Source: Hemiscyllium ocellatum | Taxonomy: Eukaryota | Length of the DNA stretch: 64,000 nucleotides | Assembly (NCBI RefSeq): GCF_020745735.1 | Contig: NC_083426.1 | Location: forward strand, 39,370,001-39,434,000 | Reading direction: 5' to 3' | Shown here: in pieces, positions 51,201-61,189 of the stretch | How the letters are laid out: each line of letters begins with the position of its first letter | Numbering within the stretch: the stretch's first letter is position 1 | Made by a program: the position numbers and the translations under genes | Notes under the pieces: generated by a model | What the model was told of the DNA's origin: nothing | Databases searched by the model: none | The model's input: only the letters and a program-made list of their open reading frames with translations

Positions 51201-54200
51201 ACCTTTCTATACTCCCTACAATTCTGGATGGTACGCAGAAGATTTGAATTGCTTTATTCCCAAGGTGTCCATAACTTCCTTGAATAATTTTAAATGTAAA
51301 TTTTGACCCTTGATCTGATGGTCTCTGTGGCTAGTCCATATCCAGTAAAATATTTGAGTAACTCTTCTACAATCCTTTTAGCCTTGACATTGCTTAATGG
51401 AACGACCTCTGGAAATCTAGTGGACACATCCATTATTGTTAACAAATACTGATTCCCACGTTTTGTTTTAGTTAGGGGTCCTAAACAGTCAATTAAAACT
51501 CCTGTAAAAGCTTTCTCAAATGCAGAAATGGGTATTAAAAGCACAGATTTTATTACTGCCTGCGATTTTCCAATTACCTGACATGTATGGCAAAATTCAT
51601 CCGCATTTTTATGCAGTCCAGGCCAGTAAAAATCCTTTTGTATTTTAGCTGGAGTTTCTCTCACCCCTAAATGACCACCTACTGGTATTTCCCACACCAC
51701 CACCTTTCTATAACGCACTGGTAACATGACTTGATGAACAATATCAGCCCATTGGTCATCTGCCTGATTATGTAATGGTCACCATTTCCTTGTTAAGACA
51801 TTATTTTTGAGATAACAGCACTCAGGGAGACATTCAGATTCTTCTTCCATGTATGTTTTACACACAATTGCTTCAGTTTTTCATCTCTGTTGTAACGCAG
51901 TTAATTTCTACTTTGTCATCCATCTGCTCCAGGTTTGTCTCAAGCAATTAATCAAACTTGGTCTCTGATAATTCCACGTCAACTTTCTGAACACTTTGAT
52001 TTCTCCTCCTGTTTCAACTTTTGCGACCTTGTTACCACAGTCAGGAAAACTCCCAGGATATGCTTCCTGTAATACCTCCGTTACCTGATTTTCCACTGGC
52101 TTTTCAACCACAGTGGGCAGCACTCCTACCTGTGACCTAGCTATATCGTTAGCAAGGACAAATTGTATTCCAAGAGCAGAGAGTTCTTCCAATACTCCTA
52201 CCACCACTTTTCCATTTTACACTGGACACTAACCTCACTCTACATAGCTGAGCACTTGTCTCACCAAGAATTCCACTTACTACCACTTTTTCCAGCAACA
52301 GTCCTTCAGAGGCACATGTCTTCTCATTCCTCAATATTGAAGATTGACACGATCCGGTCTCAATATTGTAACCTTGCAACCTGCTGCTCCCAGCCTATGC
52401 AAGTAAACTTTACCTTTGCTGGTATATGGTTTAAGAGGATCTGGCATTTCTTCCTTAAACAACCTCTGACCAGGCTGTACATTCTGCTGCAGCTTTTTAG
52501 CCTCCACTGTGCTTTCCATTACCACTTCAACAAAAGTCACTGGTTTATCCAGTTTTCCTACATCCACCATCAGTGCTTATCCTAGCTCAACAACACTGAT
52601 TTTATATGGCCTACTTTATAGCAGTGAAAACACTGGAACTTTTTAAACTTCTCTTTCCCCTTCATGGGTTTCCTTTTAACCCTGTAGTAAGTTATCCTTA
52701 CGATATTCACCGAGATCTACTTTTCCCTTACCATGTGAGGATTTCTCTTTTCCCCTATTTCTATCCCTTACGGATAGAAATTTATGATGGAAGCCAAACT
52801 GATTTCGGAACCACCTCAGTCAGCCATTTCAGCTGCTAATCTTGCAGTTTTAGCTCTCTGCTCTTCCACAAGAGTTCTCACTATCTCGAGTATTAAATGT
52901 CTGAACTCTTCAGAAATAATCGTTTCTCTAACAGAGATAGGTTTGCTCTATTTCTAATGCCCTTATCCAATCAAAATGACTTTATCGATCCTTTCAAACT
53001 CAGTGGAAGTTTGACCAGATTCTTAGATTCCTGAAATGTTGTCTGTAGGCTTCTGGGTGAAGCACATACACGTTTAAGATGACTTTCTTCACCTCATATT
53101 CCCCAGATACCTCTTCTACAAATACCTCACTAGCTCAACCCACAAGTTTTGTTTGTATCAAAAAAAAACCACATGGTCACTGGTCACCTCATTTGTTTAG
53201 CCATCCTCTCAAAAGGAGATCAAAAAAGCTTCCACATCCTTCTTAACAAATATAGGTAATGCTTGAATTTGTTCAAAAAGGTGTCCACCAAGCGTTTGAC
53301 TATCATGGGTTTGCTCATCCTCACTAAGCTTACCTTCCGCTTTCAGTTCCATCTTTTTAAAGCAACTTTCCTGTCTAAGTGCCAACTTCTGAAGTTCAAA
53401 CTCTTTCTTTTTGTTCTGCTTTAAAATCATAATTCAAAATGCTTCATTTCTTTTTCTCTTTCTTTTGCCTCTAATTCAAGCTGCTTCATCTTCAATTGAA
53501 GATGAAGCCATTTCCAAGAGGTTCTCATGGCATTTCCAGCAAATTTAAAATGTTGCGCTATTGCTGGAAGTAACTACAACTCCCCCCCCAAGAGACACAG
53601 GCAATTTTAACTCCAGCTTTTTGCCAATTCAGCAGCTTTTCCTTGTTCACCTTTTGTAAAACCCCTCAAGTCATTTCTTCCATCCCCAGAAAATTCTGTG
53701 ACTGAAAGAGCCATTACTACACCAAGCACTGTTTAAACCAAATTCAACACCCAGAACAGAAGACACTAACACCTATCACTCACTGAGTTTGTGTCCAACA
53801 ACCCTAACCCTAAATCGAAATCAGATTAAAATTAGGTGGTCATCCAGGATTTATGAACCAGGCCAAAACCCCTCAAATGCCTCACATCACCAGGGACCTG
53901 GGTTTGATTCCCGCCTTGGATGACTGTCTGTGTGGAGTTTGCACATTCTCCCAGTGTCTGCGTGGGTTTCCTTCACATGCTCTGGTTTCCTAATCCAAAG
54001 ATGTGCAGGTTAGGCAAATTGGCCGTGCTAAAATTGTCCACAGTCAGGGTAAATATAATGTAGGTGAATGGATCTGGGTGGGATACTCTTCGGAAGGTCG
54101 GAGTGGACTTGGGCTGAAGGGCCTGCTTCCATACTGTAGGGAATCTAATTTCAAGAAGGCAACACAAATCCTAAATTTTCTGGTTGTTTTTGGCAGACAT

Positions 54201-57200
54201 AGGCTGATATTCCAGGAGTGATGCAGCTGATCAATCCACTCGGCTTGAAATAAAACAGAATTTATTTACACACTACCGAAATAAATACCAGGAAAAGAAA
54301 ACAGAATTTAAAATAACACCTATTTGGAAACCCAACCAACAAGACATCCCTGCAACTTAATAAGGGAGCTGTTCGAATTCCCTGCAACATACCCAGAAAC
54401 ACACCTCTTGGCTAAAAAGTAAATTCAAATACAGGATCTTACATGAGTAACAGGCAGAAATATCTGCTCGATCAGGGAACCTTTGTTCCCCAGCAGCTTC
54501 GAACAAACTGCTTGCTAAAACAAAAAGCAAACTAGGAAAAAACCTTGAACTGGGAGAACTGGCCACTCCCCTTTTATTGTATTGATTTTTTTGAAAACCT
54601 AAAAGCCTTTTCTCCAATTGTTGCCTTTGTCAGTATCTGTTAGTCATTACTAAAGTTCCTTATCCCAAGCAAAAATCTGACTCTTGCAAGTCCTCTTCAA
54701 AAAAAAAACAAGGACAAATTAACCTTGCTAAAGGAACAACATCGTCACAGGCCAACCAGATGTTAAACATGACTCCCTCGATCCTATTCCCATGGAGAGC
54801 CTTGTATCCAGGTAGAAATGCTATTTTTGACTCAAATCTCTCAACGATGATGAAGACAGGCAACTGGACAGACAACTATTTACACCACCTCTCCAGGACT
54901 TGAAACTTGGTCTGTAAATTCAGAGAATGTGGTTATTGTCATAATAAATACCTTAATTGATGAGAAACAGATGGCAGCATTAAACAACAATTTGACAAGA
55001 GACTAAAACTAGCTATAAAGCTCAGGTTATTTTTTTTAGGTTTGTGCAATCCCTAAACAATTGCAAACTTGTGTTTTTGATCCACTTTTCATTTAGCAAC
55101 CCGTTCCTTTTACAAGGCATGTTCTTGACAATTCAGTAAATGGCGAAGATATGCAATTAGGAATCACCAAATTCCCAATTTTCAATGGCAAGATTTGATT
55201 ATAAACGTAGACTGAAAATGCATTGTGAAATGATCTTTTAATCAAAATTCTATTAAGAAAGTTTAGTTGTGAAATATGGGACTCATAACCCTAGGATTAA
55301 AGAACATAGCTTATAGAGTCATAGAGATGTATAGCATGGAAACAGACCCTTCGGTCCAACCCGTCCATACTGATCAGATATCCCAACCAACCTCATCCCA
55401 CCTGCCAGCACCGGCCCATATCCCTCAAAACCCTTCCTATTCGTATTCACATCCAAATGCCTTTTAAATGTTGCAATCTTACCAGCCTCCACCACATCCT
55501 CTGGCAGCTCATTCCATACACGTACTACCCACTGCGTGAAAAAGTTGCCCCTCAGGTCTCTTTGATATCTTTCCCCTCTCACTCTAAACCTATGCCCTCC
55601 CTGACCCCAGGGAAAAGACTGCCTATTTATCCTATCCATGCCCCTCAATTTTGTAAACCTCTATAAGGTCACCCCTCAGCCTCTGACGCTCCAGGGTAAA
55701 CAGCCCCAGCCTGTCAGGCCTCTCCCTGTCGCTCAGATCCTCCAACCCAGACAACATCCTTGTAAATCTTTTCTGAATCGTGTCAAGTTTCACAACATCT
55801 TTCCGATAGGAAGACGACCAGAATTGCATGCAATATTCCAACAGTGGCCTAACCAATGTCCAGCCTAGCCGCAACATCACCTCCCAACCCCTGTACTCAA
55901 TACTCTGACCAATAAAGGAAAGCATACCAAACGCCGCCTTCACTATCCTATTTACCTGTGACTCCACTTTCAAGGAGTATGAACCTGCACTCCAAGGTCT
56001 CTTTGTTCAGCAACACTCCCTCGGACCTTACCATTAAGTGTATAAGTCCTGCTAAGATTTGCTTTCCCAAAATGCAGCACCTTGCATTTAGCTGAATTAA
56101 ACTCCATCTGCCACTTCTCTGCCTATTGGCCCATCTGATCTAAGTCTTGCTGTAATCGGAGATAACCCTCTTTGCTGTCCACTACATCTCCAATTTTGGT
56201 GTCATCTGCAAACTTACTAACGGTACCTCTTATGCTCGCATCCAAATCATTTATGTAAATGACAAAAAGTAGAAGGCCCAGCACCGATCCTTGTGGCACT
56301 CCACTGGTCACAGGCCTCCAGTCTGAAAAACAACCCTCCACCAACACCCTCTGTCTTCTAACTTTGAGCCATTTCAGTATCCAAATGGCTAGTTCTCCCT
56401 TTAATTCATGAGATCTAACCTTGCTAATCAGTCTCCCATGGGAATCTTGTCGTATGCCTTACTGAAGTCCACATAGATAACATCTACTGTGCTGCCCTCA
56501 TCAATCTTCTTTGTTACTTCTTCAAAAACTCAATCAAGTTTGAGAGACATGATTTCCCACACACAAAGCCATGTTGACTAGCCCAAATTAATCCTTGCCT
56601 TTCCAAATACATGTACACCCTGTCCCTCAAGATTCCCTCCAACAACTTGCCCACCACAGAGGTCAGGCTCACTGGTCTATAGGACCCTGACTTGTCTTTA
56701 CCACCCTTCTTAAACAGTGGCACCACATTTGCCAACCTCCAGTCTTCTGGCACCTCACCTGTGACTATCGATGATACAAATATCGCAGCAAGAGGCCCTA
56801 GCAATCACTTCTCTAGCTTCCCACAGAGTTCACGGGTACACCTGATCAGGCCCTAGGAATTTATCCACCTTTAACCATTTCAAGACATCCAGCACTTCCT
56901 CTTCTGTAATCTGGACATTTTGCAAGATCTTTTTTCCCCCACAGTCTATATCTTCCATATCCTTTTCCACAGTAAATAATGATGCAAAATATTCATTTAG
57001 TATCTCCCCCATTTTCTGTAGCTCCACACAAAGGCCGCCTTGCTGATCTTTGAGGGGCCCTATTCTCTCCATAGTTACCATTTTGTCCTTAATATACATT
57101 TGCAAAAACCCTTTGGATTCTCCTTAATTCTATTTGCCAAAGCTATCTCATGTCCCCGTTTTGCCCTCCTGATTTCCCTCTTAAGTATACTCCTACTTTC

Positions 57201-60200
57201 TTTATACTCTAAGGATTCACTTGATCTATCCTGTCTATACCTGACATGTGCTTCCTTCTTTTTCTTAACCAAACCCTCAATTTCTTTAGTCATCCAGCAT
57301 TCTCTATACCTACCAGCCTTCCCTTTCATCCTGACAGGAATATACTTTCTCTGGATTCTTGTTGTTATCTCATTTCTGAAGGCTTCCCATTTTCCAGCCG
57401 TCCCTTTACCTGCAAACATCTGCCTCCAATCAGCTTTTGAAAGATCTTGCCTAATACCATCAAAATTGTCCTTTCTCCAATTTAGAACTAGTCTATCCTT
57501 TTCTATCACTATTTTAAAAAGAAGAGAATTCTGGTCGCTGGCCCCAAAGTGCTCCCCCACTGACACCTCAGTCACCTGCCCTACCTTATTTCCCAGGAGT
57601 AAGTCAAGTTTTGCACCTTCTCTTGTAGGTACATCCACATACTGAATCAGAAAACTGTCTTGACACACAAATTCCTCTCCATCTAAACCTTTAACACTAT
57701 GGCAATCGCAGTCTATGTTTGGAAGTTAAAATCCCCTACCATTTCTACCCTATTATTCTTACCGATAACAGATCTCCTTGCAAGTTTGTTTCTCAATTTC
57801 CCTCTGACTATTTTGTGCCCGCGTGCGGGGGGGGGGGGGGGCTCTATAATACAATCCCAATAAGGTGATCATCCCTTTCTTATTTCTCAGTTCCATCCAA
57901 ATAACTTCCCTGGATGTATTTCCAGGAATATCTTCTTTCAGCACAGCTGTAATGCTATCCCTTATCAAAAAGGCCACTTCCCCTCCTCTCTTACCTCCCT
58001 TTCTATCATTCCTGTAGCATTTGTATCCAGGTACATTAAGCTACCAGTCCTGCCCATCCCTGAGCCATGTTTCCGTAATTGCTATGATATCCCAGTCCCA
58101 TGTTCCTAATCATGCCCAGAGTTCATCTGCCTTCCCTGTTCAGCCCCTTGCATTGAAATAAATGTAGTTTAAATTTATTAGTCCTACTTGTCCCTGCCTG
58201 CCCTGACTGTTTGACTCACTTCTGTTCTCAGCTGTACCATCTCAGATCGATCTCTTTCCTCATTATCTCCCTGGGTCCACCCCACCCCCTACCACCTTAC
58301 TAGTTTAAATCCTCCTAAGCAGTTCTAGCAAGTCTCCCTGCCAGTAAGTTAGTCCCCTTCCAATTTAGGTGGTTTTGTCCTTCTTCTAAGGTCACTTCTA
58401 CCCCAAAAGAGATTCCAATGATCCGAAAATGCGAATCCTTCTCCCATACACCAGCTCCTCAGCCATGCATTCATCTGCTCTATCCTTCTATTCCTACCCT
58501 CACTAGCTCATAGCACTGAGTGTAATACCCTTGAGGACCTCCTTTTTAAATTTCTGCCTAAGACTCTAAACTCCCTTTGGAATCTCAACCTTTTCCCTTC
58601 CTATATCCTTGGTTCCAATGTGGACAATGACCTCTTGCTGGCCCCTCTCCCCCATGAGAACATTCTGCACCGTCTCTGAGACATCCTAATTAAGCTACTC
58701 GAGATGTGCAGAAATGCCAGTGTGTTGAGGCCAAGGGGTGTTTAACCTCCATTTGAAGGTCTATTTTCAGGTCAGTAAGACTCTCAGCAATGTTTTAAAA
58801 CAGGTGCAGTAACCGTCCTTGAATGCAGTGGTGGTGGGGAACGACAAGAGAAAGATGGGAGATAGTCTGAGCACATACATTTCAATTTCTCTCTGGGTGG
58901 GGGCTCATCACCAAATTTCACAAAGATAGGGACTGCCACTGCTACAAATATGAACTTCATTAAATGCTAAAACCTAACAACGTGATCATTTAAATCAATA
59001 GAATTGAACTTTTTCTAAAATGTCACCCAGCAAGTTTAAACAACAAAGTTAATTCTTTGCCATTTTGGTTACAAAACAGAACTAGGGTCAGAAAGACAAC
59101 AACCAATCTCAATTCATGATCAGCAGGAAAGGGGCTGGTGAACTGGACTGGGATAAGGAGTTAGGTTAAACCAATGGTGACCTTGGGTCATTTTAGGTTG
59201 GGAGTGCACTCTAAACTGGTCTTTGCAGAATTCTCAGATGGGGAGGCCAGAAGTAGACTTTCAACAGGAGGCTCTTTCCTTTGAACCCATTGTCGCTCTT
59301 CACCCTTTCCCATCTGTCTGTATTACAGAATGTTGTTGAAATTGCATAAAAACTATCCATGAGGCTTTACATTCAATATTTCCACTAGTACCCAAAGTAT
59401 TATTAGAAGCAACCCAATAGCCTAGTTTTCATTTTATTCTTCCCCTCCTCCCACCTGCAGAAATAGCCTTGTGAGCCCTCACATCTTAAAGAAAAAGCAA
59501 GCCTTGCCAGAACACCCACAACCCATTAAATTTTTTTAAAAATCCAGAGCACCCTAAGTGAGAGAGGGTTAGAAACCAATTTTAACAGAGGAATGAATGT
59601 TTGTGATAAGTAACAAATACAACTGAAAAATCAAAGCTGAATACATAAAGCTCAAAACTAGGGTGAAAAAGCACCTTTAGAAGAACCTGGGTTGTGGCAA
59701 GGCCCAAGGGAGATTTGATAGTTTCCAAATTACAAGAGATCTGGGCAAAGTAGATAAAGGGGAAAACAATTTTAAAGATGCTTTGCAAAAGAAGCAAGTG
59801 AGAAAGACTAATCACAATAGTACATATGGTCTGGAATGCTTGCCTGGATGCGTGGTGGAAACATGCTCAAAATGAGGCTCTCAAAAGGATAGGAGATGAA
59901 TGTTTACACACAAGGGTTGGAGGGCTACAGAGGAGTGGTGCAGACACGTGGTGACTGACTGACCTCCTTCCGATCTTTGAGGGTACAAACAGAAAGGCAA
60001 GGCAGAGAGGAAAACAAAAGCCACCACCTTGCAACACTGAGGTCTGGTCGTCTAATAACTCAACTGGTGAGAACAGATACTTTCCAAGCTTAAAACTTCA
60101 AAACACACCCCGATATAAAATAATTATGCGGGTTTGCGTCAGCAGCCTCACTGCAGAACAAATCATTAAAAACAAGGAAAAAGCGTGGAGCCCGATTTAA

Positions 60201-60782
60201 AAAACGCTCAAGTCCATCGCCGCCACAGATGATTTAAAAGCGTGGGGATCTACAGTGTGAACTACCCCGCCATTAAACCTGTTGAACTATAACCTGGTGT
60301 TGTGTGATTTTTGAACTTGCACAGCCCAGTCCAACACCGGCATCACCAAATCATAGCCCGCCCCTGGCACCACAACACCGCGCTGGACAACACAGTCAGA
60401 GAGAACTAACGAAGCAGCCGATGGACGCGGAGGGCTGACCAGAACCACGAGGAGACTCAAGTTTACTCAGATTACGGTGGACGACGCCGATTCCCGCGGG
60501 CCCGTGGATAAAAGGCCGAGTATTGTCCACAGCCGCCCTCCCACAGGGGGAGGGGGAGGGGGGGTTTCAGCCGAATGCCAGCGCCGCGCGGCCATCGCGC
60601 GCACCAACCGTCACTTGGGCACCAACGGAATTCCCCTCAGTGTTTTCGCTCTCACTCTCGCGCGCGCTCCCCCACAATGGGCGGGAGGGAGAGGTGTGCC
60701 GTGGGTTCAGAGCTTTAGCCGCCCCTCACCTGCACAGAATCCGCCTCCGACGCGGAGCGCTGCCCGCCCCAGCTTCCGCCAT
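27059..60782 (-). CDS. MKRN4: Makorin RING-finger E3 ubiquitin ligase (probably MKRN4), whole spliced CDS: complement join(60730..60782,42878..43006,40764..41194,37366..37478,36563..36756,31576..31683,29888..30017,27059..27256), 1356 nt, 451 aa
   Basis: Two N-terminal C3H fingers, PAM2-like WAFAAEFIP, makorin C3HC4 RING (CGICMEKVYEK...CNHAFCVSCIKKWR...ACPECR), C-terminal C3H finger and acidic tail; all junctions are GT-AG and in phase. Family call is secure. The paralog call rests on remembered linkage of mkrn4 (human pseudogene MKRN6P) to FANCE/PPARD. Confidence 0.85.
27386..27668 (-). mobile_element. HE1-like V-SINE
   Basis: Tail cctacagtgtggaaacaggcc, V-domain and tRNA head on the - strand. 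Confidence 0.85.
29888..30017 (-). CDS. MKRN4: Makorin exon 7, C-terminal C3H finger (KIHCKFFLRNNGKCPFKSECIYLHEFPEG...RRRRDS)
   Basis: tttcacag| ... AGT|gtaagg; lies within ORF 29852..30070. Confidence 0.94.
30780..31250. mobile_element. Highly degraded Penelope-like remnant
   Basis: ctcagaaggtctggcagcatcc terminal motif followed by aaggacagaactcccttt..., resembling the 46.9 kb element. Confidence 0.45.
31576..31683 (-). CDS. MKRN4: Makorin exon 6, RING C-terminal part (ACPECRVVASYFIPYKYWVIDEQKQKLIEKFKVEKR)
   Basis: atttacag| ... CG|gtatgt, 108 nt; typical makorin CPECR...IP..YWV...K.KLI. Confidence 0.95.
32457..32781 (-). mobile_element. HE1-like V-SINE
   Basis: Near full-length head, V-domain and tail on the - strand. 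Confidence 0.85.
33255..35870 (-). mobile_element. CR1 LINE, most of ORF2, degraded, with a nested V-SINE 3' half at about 34060-34238
   Basis: ORFs 33343..33606, 34558..34809 (KSPGPD, DWRLANMV), 34931..35146 and 35417..35638 (GDFNFPNIDW); (ttaga)5 SINE tail at 34059-34083. Confidence 0.92.
36563..36756 (-). CDS. MKRN4: Makorin exon 5, RING N-terminal part (SKDIICGICMEKVYEK...NNVIK)
   Basis: cattctag| ... AA|gtaagt; lies over ORF 36559..36750. Confidence 0.96.
37366..37478 (-). CDS. MKRN4: Makorin exon 4 (GCASTSQAGHLHCMPASVK...QSVPQ)
   Basis: attatag| ... CAG|gtatgc; phase 1 to 0 is exactly what is needed to join exon 3 to the RING exon. Confidence 0.75.
37700..38010 (+). mobile_element. 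tRNA-derived SINE with gggcaaatagggatggg tail
   Basis: gagttcaaattc B-box; tail gggcaaatagggatgggtaataaatgccagcctag. Confidence 0.65.
39012..39800 (-). mobile_element. Penelope-like element with inverted pLTRs and a GIY-YIG fragment
   Basis: Arms about 39045-39248 and 39593-39799; the - strand spacer contains ttcgactgggacaacacc...gccagagaattccttgaggcctgg (FDWDNT...AREFLEAW). Confidence 0.88.
39718..39758 (+). ncRNA. Minimal hammerhead ribozyme motif
   Basis: cca-CUGAUGA-U-GUUACCU-AGCC-AGGUAAU-GAAA-UA-UC-ugg; stem I cca/ugg, 7-bp stem II, palindromic AUAU stem III. Confidence 0.62.
40764..41194 (-). CDS. MKRN4: Makorin exon 3 (YLH..., RRxS-x-P repeats, PAM2-like WAFAAEFIP)
   Basis: gttattag| ... 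G|gtaggt, 431 nt; completes zinc finger 2 (CR|YLH); lies within ORF 40756..41220. Confidence 0.92.
41775..42600 (-). mobile_element. Old non-LTR retrotransposon 3' part (same family as 14690-15870)
   Basis: ccatccctagttgc tail; cactcacccaagtaagtgggaagtattccat; cagcccaaacctggata. Confidence 0.6.
42878..43006 (-). CDS. MKRN4: Makorin exon 2, C3H zinc fingers 1-2 (NFVCGVCKWGHSCYYSHDL...CKHYLNGFCFYGNSCR)
   Basis: ttttccag| ... AG|gtttgt, 129 nt; lies within ORF 42820..43017. Confidence 0.95.
44070..44690 (-). mobile_element. CR1/HER1-like LINE 3' end
   Basis: Same tail and ORF2 end as 55313-56000. Confidence 0.9.
46285..47810 (+). mobile_element. Penelope-like element with RT C-terminus and GIY-YIG remnants and an inverted 5' pLTR
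   Basis: TDIYYKP...YLDYTSSHPASCK..IPYSQFL (ORF 46647) and IYCIRCTRC..LYI....LADRFREHL (ORF 47129); 46285-46665 is an inverted copy of 47480-47810. Confidence 0.92.
47965..49978 (-). mobile_element. CR1 LINE nested in the Gypsy element
   Basis: 3' tail at 47965 and ORF2 fragments (ORF 48014..48283) extending to about 49975. Confidence 0.9.
48515..48820 (+). mobile_element. HE1-like V-SINE, full length, nested in CR1
   Basis: gggcagcacagtggttagcactgctgcc...ggttcaattccc, V-domain and tail; TSD ATGATCT (48508-48514, 48821-48827). Confidence 0.92.
53877..54150 (+). mobile_element. HE1-like V-SINE inserted in the Gypsy 5' LTR
   Basis: tgcctcaca...gggtttgattccc...gtgtggagtttgcacattctcc...ctgtagggaatctaat. 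Confidence 0.88.
55311..58686 (-). mobile_element. CR1/HER1-like LINE, nearly complete ORF2 plus 3' part of ORF1, frameshifted
   Basis: Consecutive ORF pieces 57759..57977 (endonuclease), 57075..57668, 56830..57105, 56514..56804, 56123..56347 (GVPQGSVLG, FADDTK), 55632..55973, 55319..55648; (gactctat) tail. Confidence 0.96.
59620..59960 (+). mobile_element. Old CR1 3' end
   Basis: agggagatttgatagtttcc...tctggaatgcttgcctgg...gtggtgga. Confidence 0.5.
60268..60355 (+). repeat. Short interspersed repeat (also at 1385-1455), probably a Penelope 3' terminus
   Basis: aaacctgttg(g/a)a(t/c)tataacctggtgtt...cagcccagtcc present at both places. Confidence 0.6.
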
Positions 60783-60990
60783 CCCGCTACCGGAGGCTCC
60801 TGGTCCCGGTTAGCTCCCTCCCCCACCCCCCGCGTGGGGGGCCCCTTTTATCAACGGCTCCGGATCGGGACCCGCCCCGCTTCCGCCGTTAACCAATCAT
60901 TGACCCGGACTCGCCTTTCCCTCCCGCCCCCCATCCACATAATCCACCAATCAGAAAGAGAGAGGGCGCCAATTCAGGAAAAACGGAGAG
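60330..60990 (-). promoter_or_regulatory. CpG island and promoter of the makorin gene
   Basis: Very high GC and CpG density; GC boxes CCCGCCCC (60871, 60923), CCAAT boxes (60893, 60947, 60969), MYB-like CAACGG (60852) and CCGTTA (60886). Confidence 0.85.
60730..60782 (-). CDS. MKRN4: Makorin exon 1 (MAEAGAGSAPRRRRILCR)
   Basis: Kozak-like gcgggATGg in the CpG island; ends TGC AG|gtgagg (phase 2), supplying the first Cys of zinc finger 1. Confidence 0.88.
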
Positions 60991-61189
60991 AATAGAGCGC
61001 TGAAGCAATTAGGCAGGTCTGGCATCATTGCTCTGTTTACTGAGCTGTATCGGGCATTAAACTGGATCTGGCAGTACGATAGGCTGTACCTGCTGTGTTT
61101 GGCAATATACTGTACTGTATCTATTCTGTACTTGCCCTGTATTTGGCAGAATACTGTATCTGGATAGGCTTCCACTGCTCCAAACCGAC

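Larger units (their letters stand above)
45642..54749 (-). mobile_element. Gypsy LTR retrotransposon of Gmr1 type (gag-PR-IN-RT-RH), degraded, with nested insertions
   Basis: Related LTRs at about 45642-46183 and 53850-54749; gag (ORF 53209..53430), protease (ILR-D/ETGS, about 52380), integrase (ORF 51290..51727: GHLG...YWPG...CHTCQ...IDCLGPL), then RT (49980-50450) and an RNaseH-end ADALS motif at about 47930-47955. Confidence 0.85.

Noticed and set aside
57815-57842. Long G homopolymer inside CR1
   Set aside because: Slippage expansion of a short G run or an assembly artefact; no evidence of function.
55319-57977. Long ORFs that could be read as a host gene
   Set aside because: Frameshifted CR1 ORF2 pieces and their antisense shadows.
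27059-60782. Calling the makorin MKRN1, MKRN2 or a retrocopy such as MKRN3
   Set aside because: It has 7 introns, so it is not a retrocopy. Its neighbour is FANCE rather than RAF1, and its sequence is divergent from MKRN1/2 as I remember them. A phylogeny is still needed.
60477-60995. 172-aa + strand ORF in the CpG island
   Set aside because: Pro/Arg/Gly-rich, GTG start, antisense to the real makorin exon 1; typical CpG-island artefact.
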